A stretch of DNA of 63,799 nucleotides, counting the filler, from Phoronis australis (Eukaryota; Animalia; Phoronida), in NCBI GenBank assembly GCA_002633005.1. It is 8 parts of 8 records of this genome, joined end to end, with 100 filler letters (N's around TTAATTAATTAA, not from the genome) between each part and the next. Parts side by side here need not be neighbours in the genome. Positions count along the whole stretch, not along the records: positions 62,750 to 63,799 come from NMRA01000795.1; 7 more parts are not named here. One strand, written 5' to 3'. The notes beneath the pieces are model-generated. The model made no database searches, was not told where the DNA came from, and worked only from the letters and a program-made list of their open reading frames with translations. The position numbers and the translations under genes are program-made. The stretch's first letter is position 1. The number at the start of each line of letters is the position of its first letter. Shown in pieces: positions 62,650-63,799 of the stretch.

Positions 62650-63799
62650 NNNNNNNNNNNNNNNNNNNNNNNNNNNNNNNNNNNNNNNNNNNNTTAATTA
62701 ATTAANNNNNNNNNNNNNNNNNNNNNNNNNNNNNNNNNNNNNNNNNNNNTCGGGCAAATGTGAGTTTTATTTGTATGTTAGAACCGATTAACTGCAACAT
62801 TATTTTGACTACAGTCCCCTTTTAAAACCGTGACCTCGGATTATTATCACGCAACTTAAAATCATTGCTGATAACTTTCCACTTGGGTGATAATCATTCT
62901 GTTAAAATTGAGCGGTAACAACCAAAAACATTTATTGATTTTGCGTATGAACTCAAGGGAACTCTATTCCAATCAGTTACTCTGCGCCGGATGTGGCATT
63001 TTTGAATGACAAACGGCGCAGTTAAAATTATCGTTTGAAATAACCCAATCGAATGTGACTATATTTACAACAATAAACAATAAATGCTGTGCAAAAACAA
63101 TCAGGAAATCGGTAATCGCTACGGAAATCGTGGAATTACACATATGCCATCGTATATCAACCTTTTCAAGAGTGGTAATCTAAGCGACACAGCGGGCCGC
63201 AGTATACTCACCGCGGAAAAGAGTTAATTGGAGCAACCTTAACAACCCTTCCGAAACTACATACTACGCTAAAAACAACAACTAGAAAGTTCAACTACAT
63301 GCGCAAATACACAGCACCATACAATATTCGACAGAACGTGAGAGTTTTTGCAGTGCGTGATGTTTTGCGGTGAATCAAGAAGTCTCCTCCCGCCGAGGCC
63401 GATTCAGGGACCCGTAGTATGGATTTGATAACTACCCTTTTTTTTAATCAACCTATTCTCTAAGTTTGAAAAAAATATTTTACAAGCACAAATGGTGAAA
63501 CAAATACATGTCAAACACTCGCAATTCAATGATTGGATGGTTCGTGCGCGCAAATTTCTGATAACTAGGGCATCGTCGGCGCATAGGGGGCTGGGAGAGG
63601 GGGGGGGGCTATAGCGCTCACTTATTTCAGTGCTGCACCGTCCATGTAGGGCCGTCAACTCCTCCCCTCCCCCCTCCCACCCAACCAATGCCATATAATT
63701 GAGATATATGAACATCGATGAAACGGCCAACTCTTTTGAACAACGCTGCTTCAAAGCCAATCGTACTAATCATTTGTATTCAACGGCAGGAGACGGAAG

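Overview
This is eukaryotic, AT-rich, repeat-dense invertebrate-type draft scaffold sequence. It has two long N gaps, two single-N junctions and seven ~100-bp artificial N-TTAATTAATTAA-N linkers. Host-gene content: (1) a phase-1/phase-1 exon encoding a cysteine-less V-type Ig-like domain (13463-13828, +); (2) a RING / coiled-coil / six-blade NHL (TRIM-NHL) gene (34314-36169, -), plus a second NHL-coding copy (29205-30030, -), both inside a ~5 kb tandem duplication; (3) a single-ORF secreted PAN/Apple + tectonin-repeat protein (53632-54798, -). Mobile DNA: an RTEX-like LINE with a 774-codon RT ORF; two Kolobok-like THAP elements, one interrupted by a 5-bp-TSD hAT5-like element that has a second, inverted copy; an Academ-like element; several MITEs; a solo LTR; and Gypsy and CR1 relics. 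The most striking signal is the pair of NHL copies. By hand count they differ at 37 amino acids but at only 5 purely synonymous codons, while part of the duplicated non-coding flank is nearly identical. Many changes fall at the same two loop positions in all six blades, which suggests a hypervariable ligand-binding surface under diversifying selection. All counts were made by eye and no database searches were run.
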